A stretch of 64,000 nucleotides of DNA from Lama guanicoe (lineage: Eukaryota): NCBI GenBank assembly GCA_013239625.1, contig MU054693.1, positions 13,104,174 to 13,168,173 on the forward strand, in the 5' to 3' direction. Made by a program: the position numbers and the translations under genes. A model generated the notes under the pieces. That model was not told where the DNA came from. It saw only the letters and a list, made by a program, of their open reading frames with translations, and did not search any database. This document shows, in pieces, positions 1 to 13,244 of this stretch (position 1 is the first letter of the stretch; each line of letters starts with the position of its first letter).

Positions 1-951
1 CAAAGTCATAGACCAACTAGTTTAAAAAAAAAAAAGAAGTAGCACCTAGATCTTCCAAGCCCCAGTTCTGGCCTTTTTCCATTCCAGCTTGAAAGTTGAC
101 TTCAGTTTCGACCTTGAATGGGGACTTCCTTTCTGTCCCTGGCTTCATCCCTGGATGCTCTAAGCCAGTGATGCATGGCTTGACGTATAGTGAAGGATGA
201 ACTCACCCTCACTTGTGCTGGGGCCTTGGAAGGTCTCACATCTGGCAGTCCCAGCTGCAAAATCCAAACCCACTATCTGGGAGTCCATCTGGCATTTTGA
301 AATTCAGAAATGTCTTTGTCAGCCCAGACTGCTGCATACCGCACCAAGCTGCCCCTTTAATCTCACCCATCAAGTTCTCAAGAATAGTCATGTGGCAATA
401 ACGGTCTCACCCATTCCCTGTCGACACAGGAGATTTAATGCTGCCCAGCTGGAGGGAACATGCAGAGAAAAACTCAAGGGCAACAAAGACACACGGCAGA
501 AAGACACAAGCGCCTGCCCCCAGCCCGTGATTCAGATGCTTTACACATCAGAAATGCTAACCAGTTTCATCCTTCCCTTTGGAGGTGTAGAGGGCTAGTC
601 ACATGAATCACTTGCCATTTGAAATTAAAATTTCTGCAGTTTCTAATGGGAATACTATTTGGCTTGCCTGAGAGAAATGGGAAACAGTCCTAATGTCTGA
701 GCTTCCTGGACATTGGTGACTGGCTAAAGACAAGTTTGAAGAGATTTATATGGGGTCCTGGGAATTTTTTTATCTATACTGGGGCCAGTCTAACCAGGAG
801 GCTGCTTTTCCAGTGTGTAATATGTGGTTCCCCAGAATGACTTCCTGAGCATACTATTTCCATGGAAAGTTAATATTGAAGAGAAAGGTAATGCTGCTAA
901 AGAAATGTGGGAAAATCTAGGTTCAACACAATCTAACCTTCTTCAACTCCC

Positions 952-1575
952 TTTTTTTAAACATTTTTTACTGATTTATAATCATTTTACAATGTTGTGT
1001 CAAATTCCAGTATAGAACACAATTTTTCTGTTACACATAAACATATATATATTCATTGTCACATTTTTTTCTCTGTGAGCTACCATAAGATCTTGTATAT
1101 ATTTCCCTGTGCTATACAGTATAATCTTGTTTATCTATTCTACATTTTGAAATCCCAGTCTGTCCCTTCCCACCTCCTGCCCCCTTGGCATCCACAAGTT
1201 TGTATTCTATGTCTATGAGTCTGTTTCTGTTTTGTATTTATGTTCTTTTTTTCTTTTTTAGATTCCACAAATGAGTGATCTCATATGGTATTTTTCTTTC
1301 TCTTTCTGGCTTACTTCACTTAGAATGACATTCTCCAGGAGCATCCATGTTGCTNNNNNNNNNNNNNNNNNNNNNNNNNNNNNNNNNNNNNNNNNNNNNN
1401 NNNNNNNNNNNNNNNNNNNNNNNNNNNNNNNNNNNNNNNNNNNNNNNNNNNNNNNNNNNNNNNNNNNNNNNNNNNNNNNNNNNNNNNNNNNNNNNNNNNN
1501 NNNNNNNNATTTTGAAGTAGGGTTCCTTCTGGATATATGCCCAGGAGCAGGGTTCCTGGGTCATATGGTAAGTCT
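952..1575 (-). mobile_element. Young camelid-type LINE-1 3' end (ORF2 C-terminus plus 3'UTR), 5'-truncated, interrupted by an N gap
   Basis: A T-tract is followed by 'acattttttactgatttataatcattttacaatgttgtgtcaaattccag'. The minus strand encodes L1 ORF2 C-terminal residues ('ENVILSEVSQKEKEKYHMRSL'). It is highly similar to 40517-40808 and, inverted, to 17701-17845. Confidence 0.93.
1355..1508. other. Assembly gap (154 N) inside a young L1
   Basis: Run of n seen directly. Confidence 0.99.
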
Positions 1576-1939
1576 TTTTAATTGAAGAAATCCTTTATTA
1601 GGATAATATACTTTGTAATTGCCCAAGAGGACAGCTGATGTTGCTTAGCTCATGTTTAAAACACTTTTTCACACGGAAGCGCTGGTAGGACTAATGGTAA
1701 CTGGAAAATATTTAAAGAACAAACAAAAACAAACGAAAACCATCAAACAACGGATGAAGGACTGATCTAGTCCTGTTAGTCCTTTCTTCTCACACCAACC
1801 ATGTGTAGTCGCTTCTCTCTTTTGCATTCTTTTTTTCTGTTTTACTTCCATTTACTGTACGTCTTTATTTTATTAGTCGATTTATGAGCAACTACCTGCC
1901 AGTTTCTCCCTTAAAAAATTCCATGTTCAGTTTTGCCTC

Positions 1940-2200
1940 CATGTGTTAGTCTGAAGCAGGAAGAGCATGGCCTTGAATTCAAACAAATATGAATTCAAGT
2001 CTTTGCGTTGAGTCTCACCGACTATGTGGCCTGGAACAAATCTCTCTACTTTTAATGGTTTCAACTTGTACTTCTGTTAAATGAAGAAGAAAATAGCCAG
2101 CTCTCAGGATGATTGCAAGACTGGAAAAAAAAGATTTGTGTGAAACGCAACAGGTCCTCAATATAAATACATATGAGGTGTTATTTATATTATTGCTATT
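1940..2200 (+). mobile_element. MIR SINE (degenerate)
   Basis: MIR core-like 'actatgtggcctggaacaaatctctctac...ttctgttaaatgaagaaga...ctctcaggatgattgcaag'. Confidence 0.65.
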
Positions 2201-4224
2201 GTTGTGTGGACGGCAGGGTTTGCAATAGAAATAGGGGAATGAAAAGGTCTTTGAAACAGCATATCATATGAATGTAGGAAGACTTATCAATGCTATTTTA
2301 AGTCACAGAGCACAGTCCAAGTCTTTATACTCTCGCTCTGCCCCCTAAAACGTTATTCTCGTTGTCATTGCTCCTTTAATGTCATCTAAGGGGCTGTGGT
2401 GACAATGCAGGGATACTGAACCCCTACATTATTGGGGCAGCCAGAGCCCTGGGCTGGTCACTTTTGTCCCCAAAGCTGCTTCTTCAGTTAATCTGTTGTT
2501 TGGTATAAACGTGATAAATATTAACTCTGCGCACCATGATGTAAAACCATGTGGTGAAACACACTGGTTAATGTCATGATGCCAAAAAAGACAGTCATGA
2601 TTGTAGAAGTAGCTCTAGTCAGGTGATGGATGATCAGTTTAAACACTTTTGCTTTATTCAAAACCAGCCATGGTTCAAGCAGTGACTGAGAGACTGCTCT
2701 TTTGGGGTGTGGCTTAAGCTTCATGCATCATTAGGGAGCGAGATCAGAAGACCTGTAAAGATCCTTTGTGTCCTGAGATAAATTAGGTCTTGTAAATTGC
2801 TTCCACACTCTGGCTAACTGCTTGGCCCTGAACGTTGCAGTCACTCGTTTTCCCACTTTGTAACCCAGAAATAGAGGTAACAACCTCTTCCACTAGCATC
2901 TGTTTGCCACTCGGAGGGAGGCTGAAGTCTCAGAGGCGAAATATGAAGAGAGCTGAAATTTCACAAGAACAGGGAAGTGGCTGGAGAGCTCTCTGGTTTG
3001 TGTGGCTTGATTTCTGTCAAAGGTTTTAGAGCCAGAAGGGCTCAAATTAAAATCCCACCTCTAGATCTGTCTCTGAGCCCTGGTTACTAAATTTCCGTTC
3101 ACTAAATTGAAGTGGGAAAAGGAGCAGCTCTGATGATAAATTCGGGAGAACGTTTCACAAATGGTCAAGCGCTGTGAACATGTGGACTGTCATATTCTAC
3201 TGGTCTGGATCTGGAGGATTGGTTTGGGCAAACGGAAGCTGAGCCAAAAAGGCAGCATTTTCAGCCCAGACCTGACTTCTGGCCCCCTGCCCTTCCCATT
3301 TTCACATTCTCACATCGGGGCTCAGACGGAGGGGAACGCACCCCAGAGACTGGTGGTTTCCATTAGAACACGAGCTCCATGTTCCACGGCCGGATTCCTG
3401 GCCTCCACACACGTTGGTCCAGCCCCACGGCCCTCCTCCCCCAAATTGTTATCAGTCCTCCTGGGATGGCTTCTTGCAGAGCATTGTTTTGTCGGTCCCC
3501 TGTTGCTATAGCAACCCAAGAAGGATTTGTGTTTCCAATTCTCTGAAATGGAGACATCTGTGTGCAATTTTGAAAACCCTTGTCAGGGTTCTCGTGTGCT
3601 GTTTTGATCAGTTCTCTCTGACATGTGGACAGGGTCCCCAGAGAAGTTCAAAGGGAAAAGACCCCTCTAGGTAAACAAGTGCTTCCCATAAGGGCAGCCT
3701 GCCTGTGGATTCCTGTCCCCTGTAGAATGAAAGCACACAGTAAAGCCATGAATGCTCAGACCCTAATTCCATCCCCCAACCCCAGCTGGAGAGGGAGAGT
3801 GGTCAGATCAAAAGGCTCACGTTAGGAGCCCCTTGAAGTTCACTTCCATGAAGGGGGTTGTCTCCTACACTTCCATGTGGGCCCATGTGAGTCCTAAAAA
3901 TTCTGCCTCTTACACGTGCCCCATTTTGAGAGGTGAGGGGAGGTAACCTTGTTTAGTACTGGACAGCAGGAACCCTGGGGTTTGCTCCTCATTCTAATTA
4001 ACCATGAGTCAGTAGGTGTAAGAATCACCTCTAGGCTTCTGTTCTCTCACATGTAAAATAAGTTGGTTGGATGCCCATGGCCTCTTTCAAGCCTTAAAGA
4101 ATCCCAGGTGTAAAGATTAACCAGGAGAGAGGCTCTCACACACCTGCTAACCCCAGGCAGAAATTTACCATTTTAATCATTGGATCATTTCTGGGATAAT
4201 ATTAGAAAGAAGTAACTTTTGGCT

Positions 4225-4430
4225 CCACAGTGGAGTGGAGGTTTTGTCTAGATCTTAAAGTCAAGACCTAAGTTCAAGCTCTAGCGTGCCACTCTTGGGG
4301 AGTATGAGTGGGGGCAATTTATGTAAGGTCTCTAAGAAATTGGCAGCAACTTTACAGACGATTCGTGAGAAGCAGGTAAAGTAACGAATGCAAAGTATAA
4401 GGCATGGTGCGTGGAACCAAGCGATACTTA
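4225..4430 (+). mobile_element. MIR SINE (degenerate)
   Basis: 'agtcaagacctaagttcaagctctagcgtgccact...ggggcaatttatgtaaggtctct'. Confidence 0.6.
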
Positions 4431-4997
4431 TGTAATTTCCCGTCCCTCTCCTTTTTTCAGTCTATCAACTTTCTTCCCTCAAGCTTTCCCAAATCCAAGC
4501 ATAAACAACATTCAAAGTCATTAATGCATTTATGTTATTTTTACTAGATGTAGTATATGGATGCTTCCTTCAGTGCGGGGTAGCTGTGTGCTCCCACACT
4601 GAGCCTCCGACACCAGTGAGCTCTGGGAGGTGCTCTTCCTCACCCCTTACACCATGCCTTGCTGTGAGGCTGAGGGCTGTTAAGGACTTCCACTGAGGTC
4701 AAATTCCTTTCCCGGAACAACTCTTCCCCCTCTCTTTCTAAGTTGATGCTTCTCATTTGTGGCAGGCCAACTTGGTGGAATTTTTGTTAAAATAACAGTG
4801 CATAGGCTCCGGCACCATGAAAGTTTGGGACTTTTAGCTCAGTTTATAAATAACATCTGTTTGAATGACTCTAAAGCCTTTTGTTTCTTTTCTCCTTAGC
4901 TGTGTTCCAGATTTACGAAATTATTAGAAAACTCAGACTGGGTGGATACATTTCCACCGTAATTATAACTCAAAATCCGTGGCTTTTCAGGGTTGCT

Positions 4998-5522
4998 GTG
5001 TTGGTTTCGTACTGCTGCTGTAACAAATGAGCACAAACTAAGTAGTTTAAAACAGCACAAACGTATCATCTCACAGTTCCGGAGCTCAGACGTTTAAAAA
5101 TGGGTTTTGCTGGGCTGAAATCAGGATGTCAGCAGGACTGTGTTCCTTTAGGAGGGTCTAGAGGAGAACTTTTTTCTTTGCCTTTTCCAGCTTCTAGGGG
5201 CTGCGCGCCTTTCTTGGCTTTATGGCCTCTTCCTCTGTTTTCAGAGCCAGCAGCAGCACACATACCCGTTTTTCAGTCAGTCTCTCTCTCTCTCAACTCA
5301 GTTTCCATCTTCACATCTTATTCTGTGACTCTAAAACTCCTGCCTTCCTCTTAGAATGACTTTTGTGACTACACTGGGGCTACGAGGGTAATCCAAGGTA
5401 AACTTCCCATTTTGGTACTTAATCACATCTGCAAAGCTCCTTTTGCCATGTAAGATACTGTGGTCACAGATTTCAAGGATTAAGAAGTGGACATCTGTAG
5501 GAAGCCTCTGTGCTCCCTACCG
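4998..5522 (-). mobile_element. MaLR solo LTR, MLT1D-like
   Basis: Antisense MLT1 hallmarks: 'tgctgctgtaacaaatgagcacaaacta...tcacagttccggag', 'ccttttccagcttctaggggctg', 'ttaatcacatctgcaaag...gtggacatct'. Confidence 0.85.
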
Positions 5523-5994
5523 TGGTAACCAACATAGGGTTGCCCTAAGCCATCTCCATCCCACTGTGCTCCCTCTTGCCCACCCAACCAACTTGGCAGC
5601 CTGGAGACTGGCTTTTGGGGTATTTATCTAGCTAGACTAGCATTTCTACTGGGCCAACCAAGAAGACACTTCTGTTGCCTCTCCAGCCATAACAGTATGG
5701 GCACCTGGCCTCCTTGGGCTCAAGGTCCTAAATTGAATCTTCTCCATCCAGTTCTTATTAAAAACCAAGCAGGTATTCCCACTGGGATCCATTCTAGGTC
5801 TGTGTAGATGTGGTATCCACATCTGGAAAGGTGACAAATGGCAGCAAAGCCAGTGGGGCAAATATGGTGCATGTCTCTTGCCCAGCCCAGAATGAGCAAG
5901 CAAAAACATTTCCATATTAGGAAAGCTGGACAAACACCCCAGAACTGGAGGCTGCCCCATTCCTGGTGACCGATCCAGTAAGACACCTATGAAG

Positions 5995-6170
5995 GGGAGA
6001 GTAATGTAATAGCTAGCATTTACTGGATTCTTACTTTCTGCCAGACATTGTCCTAAGTGTGGGTGTATGTTATCCCAGTTAGTTCTCACATCCACCCATA
6101 TGCAGTCTGTACTAGTATTTGTGCCCTTTTCTCTTAAACAAAGGAGTTGACCAAGTTCAGGCAACTAGCA
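5995..6170 (-). mobile_element. MIR SINE
   Basis: 'taatagctagcatttactggattcttactttctgccagacattgtcctaagtg'. Confidence 0.7.
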
Positions 6171-6607
6171 AGTTTCATTTTTAGGATCTCCCACTATTTC
6201 CTAATCTTCCAAAAGATTGACTGCTTCAGGGTTTGGTTCACATACCTCTTCTTTATGCTCACTCCTTAGGTGATGGCACACAGTGCAAAAGCTTTAAAAA
6301 CTATTTATATACGAAGTGTTCTTAAGTCTCCAGCCTGGATCTCTGCAAGGAACTCCAGACTCATAGATCTAACCACCCATTCATCACCGCAATTTCAAGG
6401 TCCATTAGACATCTTCAACTTGTGTCCAAAGCCAAATTCCATCTCCCCAAATGTTCCCAACACCTCCAGTGATTTTCATCTTAGAAAATGTCACCATCAT
6501 TCAGGGATTACCTTCTACACCCTGCGTACTACCTATCAGCAAGCCCCATCCTCTCTGCTTTCATAAAATACACAGAAGCTGAGCACATTTCACCATCGGA
6601 GCCTAAA

Positions 6608-6960
6608 CTGGGATGTCCAGTAGATACATAAGGTGAACCACAGATGCGATTTTAAATTTTCCAGTAGCCATATTAAAAAAAGTAAAAAGAAACAGTTGAA
6701 TAACATATTATTTTAACAACGTATTATACTAACATTTAATAACACTTTATGTGAGTAATTATTTGAGCAAAATGTTATCATTTGAAGATGTAAGTGACAC
6801 AAAATAAATATTAGTAAGGTATTTTACATTCTTTATTTCCTACTAAGCCTTTAAAGTCTGATGCTTACATTACACTTACAGCACACTGCAGTTTGAGTGA
6901 GCTGCATTCCAAGTGCTCAGTAACCATGTTTGGCCAGTGGCTTCTGTGTTGACAGTGCAG
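6608..6960 (+). mobile_element. MER33-like hAT-Charlie non-autonomous DNA transposon
   Basis: 'tgtccagtaga...ttttaaattttccagtagccatattaaaaaaagtaaaaagaaacag' at one end and 'caagtgctcagtaaccatgtttggccagtggct...ttgacagtgcag' at the other. Confidence 0.85.
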
Positions 6961-7253
6961 ATCCAAGATCTTAATTCCCCTAGAATTCTATGCTACTCTC
7001 CTAACAAGTTTTGGTGCTTCTGCTTTTATTCCCCTGAGTCTATGATCCACACAGTAGCTTAACTGACCCTTTTAAAATGTAAATCAGATAAGATTGTGCC
7101 ATTGTCTCACCCAAAATATCTCCAAAGCTTCCCACTGCCAATAAAATGAAATTTCAAAGACCTTCAGCTACCTGGTCCCTGGTCACCTCGTTGACACAGT
7201 TTTCAACCCCTCTGCCCTTTCTCGTTGTCTCCGGTAAGCTGGTAAGCCGGCTC

Positions 7254-7607
7254 TAGCAGACACAGCTGATGCTCCACCCAGATTCCCTTGGATCCCAATG
7301 CGGGTTCTCTGTGCTCATCCTCCAGCCACTGGGAGCTGTACCCCTCTAATGACTGATTAGAGGACTGTCTTTGCGTGCCTGGAATTAGCCCTCTTGCCTG
7401 TCCTGACAGAGTCCAGGGGAGTTTACTTCCTCCCTGGATCCCTGGTGTGTAGTATAATCTCCAGGAAAGATCAAACTGAGGCCAAGGCTTTGCCTGAATT
7501 CTTACCCTTTCCTCCCCTACCTCCTTTCCTCCCTCGCAGGTTCCTCCTGACAGCACTTCCTTAATGAATCATTTTTAAGGGAATGTGGGCAACCCATCCT
7601 AAGCCAC
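7254..7607 (+). mobile_element. ERVL solo LTR, LTR16-like
   Basis: Starts 'tagcagacacagctgatgctccacccagattcccttg'; ends 'agcacttccttaatgaatca...aacccatcctaagcca'. Confidence 0.7.
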
Positions 7608-9194
7608 TGGCTTTAGACATGCTCCTACATTTGGGCTGCCTTTCTACATGCTATTCCTAAGCCTGGAATTCTCTCCTCTCAGAGGGAAACACAGCCTGCT
7701 GCTCTCACTTTATGGGTCTCTGCTCAAACGTCACTGCCTCCGGAGAAATCTTCTGTTTGTTTCTCCCCATCTCCATCTCTACTTTTTTTCCCACATAATA
7801 TTTATCAACATCAAATATATAAAAGTAAGTTTTACGATTGCTGTTGCTGTTTTTGCCCGTTTTATTTTTCCGCTAGCATACAGATTTCATGAAAGAAACA
7901 ACTTTGTTTTGTTCAGATAGTATCCACAGTACTCAGAGGCGTGCTCACAGATGCTGCTAAACAGTTGCTGGGTTAACAGAGAATGCTTGAACAAATGAAC
8001 TGGTGGAGACAAGACCAAACCAGACAGTATAGTTCCAGGGTTTGTGTTGTACATGTTTAAAAAGCCTGTTCTGTGAAGAGCGTTTCAAATGATTTGTGTG
8101 CCCGTATGCTCTTCCTTAAACATTTGGCATCATTCATTCTCATGTGTCACACTCCCCCTGTCCCTGCTCTGTAACAAAGGAAGTGGCCCTATTTCTTGGG
8201 GCAAAGAGAGCAGACGTACACTTTACTCCTGAAACCCTACCAGCTATTAGGAATCTTAGCTGCTTACATTCCAATCCCAGCTGTGACTCCAGCCAACAGT
8301 GCAACATCATTAACCAGTGTCAGATGGGATACATGAAATCTCAGGTTGAATAAGTGAAGTAAATACAAAATGCCTAGCACAGCTCCTGGCATATCAGATA
8401 CCCTTTATTCCCAGTAGCTGTAATTACCACGGTGATTATCTGCACCCTGACATCTTACTTAAAACCTGAATCTGTTGCTCAGTCACATCAATGTGAAAGA
8501 ATGAGATCTGATGGGGAACAGAACTGGGACTCGGAGGGGGAGGCTGATTAAATATGCAGTGCCACGTTTCTAGGACATTATGTGCTAAGCATTGACTACT
8601 GGAACCTGCACAGTAGAGGCGAGAAGTAACAAGGGGAACATATGATTTCCCTGGAGGAAAAGAATTATCATCTCTGTGGCTTTAGTAACAAGGCTGCTCA
8701 GTAAACTTGCTTCGTAGTTTGCAGCCTGTCTGAAAATACTAGCACATTCTTCCAGTGCCCCAGCCAAAATTGCTTTTGGAATAGAGATTATTGGCAGATG
8801 TGAAAAGATGACTGAAATAGCTTAGAAATGAGCTTTCTCTTGTGCTAATCACCCCAGCCTTTTCCTGTTTAAGTAAACCAGTGTCGGGAGCATGCACTCT
8901 GTCTTTTAAATGTCAATTAGCTTGGGAGTCATTTGATTCACCAAGGAAATGTAATCAAATGATAAATGATGATTGCATTAAGATCATTAATATTAATATC
9001 AAAACCACAAGCAACATAGTAAATGCCACGACATTCCTGGGGAAATGAATATCAACCACGCTCCTGTTCTACCAAGAAATTGTGCTCCTAGGAGTAAGTC
9101 CCGGGGCACATGCTTTCCTTCAGTCCCCCGGTTGTTACAGCCCTCAGGAGGTAATGCCAGGGCCTGGGGGGAGTGGTGGAGTGGGCAGCTTGAG

Positions 9195-9671
9195 GCCTGT
9201 GTAACAAACGACCACAAGCACCAAGATTTAGTGGCTTAAAATAACACGAATCAATTATCTTACAGTTCCGAATGTCAGAGGTCTGAAATGGCTCTCAAAT
9301 CGAGATGTCAGCAGGGCTGTGTTCCCTCAGGAGATGGTACGGAGATTCCGTTAGCTTGCCTAATCCAGCTTCTAGAGGCCACCCTCATTCCTTGGTCCTG
9401 GGCCCTTACCCACCTCCAAGGTCAGCAGCATCTTCAGATCACTGTCTGTCTCTCTCTGACCTCTTCGTCTGTCCTCACATCTCCTTCCCTCACTCTGACA
9501 CTCCCTTTTGTAAGGACCAAGCAGATAATGTCGAGTGAGCTACTCATCCCAAAGTCCCCAACTTAATCACATCCACCTGCCAAGTCCCTTTTTCCCAGGA
9601 AGGTAACACAGTCACAGATTCCAGGGCCTGGGATGTGGACACCTCTGGCGGGGGTTCTTCCGTCTACTGCA
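9195..9671 (-). mobile_element. MaLR solo LTR, MLT1C/D-like
   Basis: 'ttagtggcttaaaataacac...ttatcttacagttc', 'ccagcttctagaggcc', 'ttaatcacatc...caagtccctttt...ggatgtggacacctct'. Confidence 0.85.
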
Positions 9672-9774
9672 CTCCCTGCAGTGGCACCTCCCTTACTCCC
9701 TCTGTGTTGCCTGTTCTTTCCCCGGTGGACTGTGAACTCCCGTGTAGCACCAAGGAGTTGCCCAAACACTGTGC

Positions 9775-10194
9775 TAAAGTATTTGACCAAACTTCAGCTT
9801 GGTCCCCACCTACACTAGCCTGTGTCCCTAAAGATGATCGTAGCCCCTATGCCGAGTCTTTGCTCAAGAAAATACAAGGCTTTCAAATCTCAAAATGCAC
9901 ATTGTTCCAATCCACCTCACCAGTTTTCAGTAATCCTCCACTTACCGTCTTCTAAATTTTCTATTTTTATTTATCTTTCTAGTCCTATTTTTGATCCCCT
10001 CTTTTCACTTCTCCGTAGTCCCTTTTTGTTGCCCATCTATTCTCCCTCGTAAAAAACCTCAGTTGCCTTTGTCTTCGCTGGAGTTGAGCGAGCTCTGTCT
10101 ATGCACACCGGAGGCCCACTTCTCCACCACAGCAGGCTGGATAAAATTTGTTTGGCCCCTTTAACAAGTGTCAAGCTCTGTTTTTGCTTTGGCA
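9775..10194 (+). mobile_element. ERV1 MER4-group solo LTR (MER67/MER31-like)
   Basis: 5' 'ttgaccaaacttcag'; 3' 'ctggagttgagc...ggataaaatttgt...ctttaacaagtgtcaagctctgtttttgctttggca'. Confidence 0.6.
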
Positions 10195-11479
10195 CCTCTA
10201 TCACAGCAAACACCATAAAAGGATCTGATATAAGCCTTGGGCATTTTTGTGTCTCTGTTTCCTCATAGAAATGGGGGTCAGAGGTTTTGAGATACTGAGA
10301 GATCAAGCAGACTTACTGGTTTGACACAATCATCAGGGGAGGAGCTGGTTTTGTGAGGGTTGCTCCTGGCCTCTGCCCGAGTCAGGGAACTCATATGGAT
10401 GAGGGCTGCATCAAAGAGATGGAGTTTGAGTTAAGACTTGAAAACTCTTCTGGTGGAGGAAGAAAAACAAAGAAAGGATAGAGGACTGGGAGGCAGGAGC
10501 AGTCTTAACACTGCATCTGATTTTCCCCGGTTATTGAAACTCAACAGAACCAGGTAGCACATGATAAACCTCCTCTCTGAGGATGCCTGGAAAAGTCCTC
10601 CCCTTTTTTTTTTTTCAAGTGCCATTTCCTTTGCTGATCAGTCACTTTTAGAATCCTCTCCTCCCTCCCCTGCTTACTCTCCATCATTCTGTTGCTCATC
10701 CTCCCTTTATAATTCAATCTTTAGAAGGCTACAGCCAGCAGACTTGCATACACTCTCCACCAAGATACAGTGCCCAGCAGTGCTGCCACCACGTGGAAGG
10801 ACAGAAGTGTCCAGGTTCCAGTCACCTGTGTTCTCTTCCGCACCGTGTGAGTCATCAAAGACCCAACACTCCCAATAACTTGGAATTAAGGACCCAAATG
10901 AAGCTTTGTTTCTACTGTTAGTGTTTGCTACACCTGAGATTCCAGGAGTAGCTGGGATGGCTGACTCTTGATCTGACTTATTCTGCGTATGTAATCCTGC
11001 CAAAATATTCCTTCCACGTCCAAAACCAGAGTAGAATGATAAATGTTATAAATACAGGCATGACTCCCTTCCGCGATGATTAATCGCCAATCAAGACTTT
11101 CATAGGAGCAAGGTTTACTCACCACCCTAGCCCACAGGTACCTTGCAATCAACCTTCAACTGAATCTTTTATAACCCCTTAGGGTTTTACAGCCCAACCA
11201 CCAACAAAAAGACTCCAGTCATGGGCTGTTGCCTTCTTAATGGGCCAAAGTTACTTCCCTCAAATGCTCGCACATCTGAGTAAGAGAAAACTAGTTTTCC
11301 ACAAAATAAAATATACATTTATAAGTTTCTTAAAACATTAATAAATAACCAGATCTGTGCATAAAAAAGAGTGAAGAAGATTTTTATTTCCTTCTAATGT
11401 CTATAGTGTCTAATCTATAAAACAAAAATGATGAAAATAAATATAACAACATACTTTTATAAAAGCAAAATGGGCAACA

Positions 11480-12170
11480 GGAAAAAAAATGGCCTATGTC
11501 ATCAGGGAAGGTATTTCAGAAGAGGTTATAGTTAAAGTGATACTTCATGGGGAAATATTATGAATTTGCTAGGTATAGGGTTTTAAGGGGAACATCATTA
11601 TAGGCAAAGGGAATAGAATTACAAAAGAATACAAGAATATGATGTATTTATGAAATGCCACTAGTTCAGTGGTTTAGATTTTGGGAACAGAAGGGTTCTT
11701 AATGAGAAATAAAATTGGCAAAGGGAAACAGGATAGACCCTGAGTGCTGCATATGAGATTTAATCTTTGTCCTATAGGTAACAGAAAGGGACTGAAAGAC
11801 TTGACACTAAGAGTGACTGTGCCCAGATTTATAACTAAAAATGATGGCTTGATCAAGTAGCGTAAAGGATGCTAAAGAACATAGTGAGACAGAATAGCGA
11901 ACCAAAGAGACGGAATTCCAGGCCCTTTTAGTAGTCGCAGCAAGAGTCCAGCCTACTAGAAGTGTTAATAGTGGAAAGGAGCTGAATATAAGAAAAAAAA
12001 AAACAACTTAGAATGGACTGGACATAGAAAACAACTGTGAGGAAGGAGAGAGTGTGGGAGATTTTTGGTCTCAGCTACTGGGAGACATTGGAAAACTGGA
12101 ATGAGAGGCAGTAGGAGTAAATGTTTCTCCAAAGATATTTCCACCGCTAACTTACAGAATTGGCTGGAAA
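11480..12170 (-). mobile_element. L2 LINE fragment (degenerate)
   Basis: Antisense L2-like purine-rich text: 'cagggaaggtatttcagaagagg', 'ataggcaaagggaatag', 'tttgtcctataggtaacagaaagggactgaaag'. Confidence 0.55.
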
Positions 12171-13171
12171 CAGCTCTTATGACTAGGCATATTCCATAGC
12201 CACTGGGAGACTGTGACTTCTTATAGAACTTCTTTGTAGGAAGCAGTCACCTTCCTGATGCCTCCAGTGCTTAAATGGGTGGAAATGCTGAAACAAATTG
12301 TCTGGAAAATATTTCATCATCAGAAGTGATCTAACTGTGAAAGTGTCCATTTGGAACCAGCCACAATTCCCAAACTCCTTGAAGCCTTGTCCTCTCAAAA
12401 GGAAAGTGAAATAAGCAAGACTAACTTCTTCCCCACAGGGTTAGGAATTTTGCAAGAAGAAATGCTGGGAAGAGCTAATTCATCTATGAAAGTGAAGCCT
12501 AGCAGGGACGGCAGTGGTCCACGGAACTGCAGCTCCTAAAACTGAAACAAAATTGGAATGGAATCTGGCTGGAGCACAGTCTCGCACTGACCTGATAGTA
12601 TGAAATCCTTTGTTTGGTGACTCTAAGACAGACAACGGAAAGAAAAGAGTGGCCAATTGAGTGACATAAACCAGTTTTTCTGACCTTTCTAAGATGTGTG
12701 AGTTCACTTCGAAGTGGAGAATAACCAAATTCCAGGCATAGGTCACAGAGTAGAGACGGGCTTCTCTAAATCTCATTTTGTAAAAGAGGAAGTTGGTATC
12801 CAGGAGGCATTAAGAGACTTGTGAAAGATCAAACAGTAATTTGAAGGTGGAGACAGGTTGACTCACATGATGGACAATGTTTGAAGGATTTGAATTAGCA
12901 TGTAACTGTATGCCTGTAAATGAGTAGTATTCATTTGTGTGCTTGGTCTATGCAGGGATGTATCCCAAATGCAAGACATCCCAAGTTTCAATAAGTTCAG
13001 GTCAGTTCTGGAAGAGTAAAATATTCGTGGACTAGTTGGGTATATTAAAATTTTCATTACTTAAACCTATTTTACTATTGAAAATTCTGTTAACCAGTTC
13101 CTCAACCTGTCTTCTCTACAACAATAACTTGAGCCCTTCAGAGACCCTGCAGTACCTTTGGAAACTACAAC

Positions 13172-13220
13172 ATCATCTTCTTCCTCTTCTTCTTCTCCTC
13201 CTCCTTCTCCTCCTCCTCCT
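13172..13220. repeat. (CTT/CCT)n trinucleotide microsatellite
   Basis: 'atcatcttcttcctcttcttcttctcctcctccttctcctcctcctcctcctcctcc' at a MIR tail. Confidence 0.95.
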
Positions 13221-13244
13221 CCTCCTCCTCCATCTTCTTCCAAT

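Larger units (their letters stand above)
6240..8000 (+). mobile_element. Fragmented L2 LINE hosting MER33 and an LTR16-like insertion
   Basis: L2 motifs 'tctccagcctggatctctg...aactccagactcatagatctaac' and 'ccttttaaaatgtaaatcagat', and a decayed tail 'ttgctgggttaacagagaatgcttgaacaaatgaa'. Confidence 0.7.

Noticed and set aside
1972-1999. 10-bp inverted repeat cttgaattca / tgaattcaag
   Set aside because: It is short, has a self-palindromic GAATTC core and lies within a MIR, so it is plausibly chance.
2535-2700. Possible C/D-box snoRNA (several ATGATG words)
   Set aside because: There is no full RTGATGA box properly paired with a CTGA box and terminal stem.
5646-6164. 172-aa minus-strand ORF
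   Set aside because: It starts inside a MIR and has no recognisable domain or splice context.
12420-12440. Branch-point plus acceptor look-alike 'actaacttcttccccacag|G'
   Set aside because: The branch A is only about 14 nt from the AG, and there is no convincing downstream donor or recognisable coding sequence.
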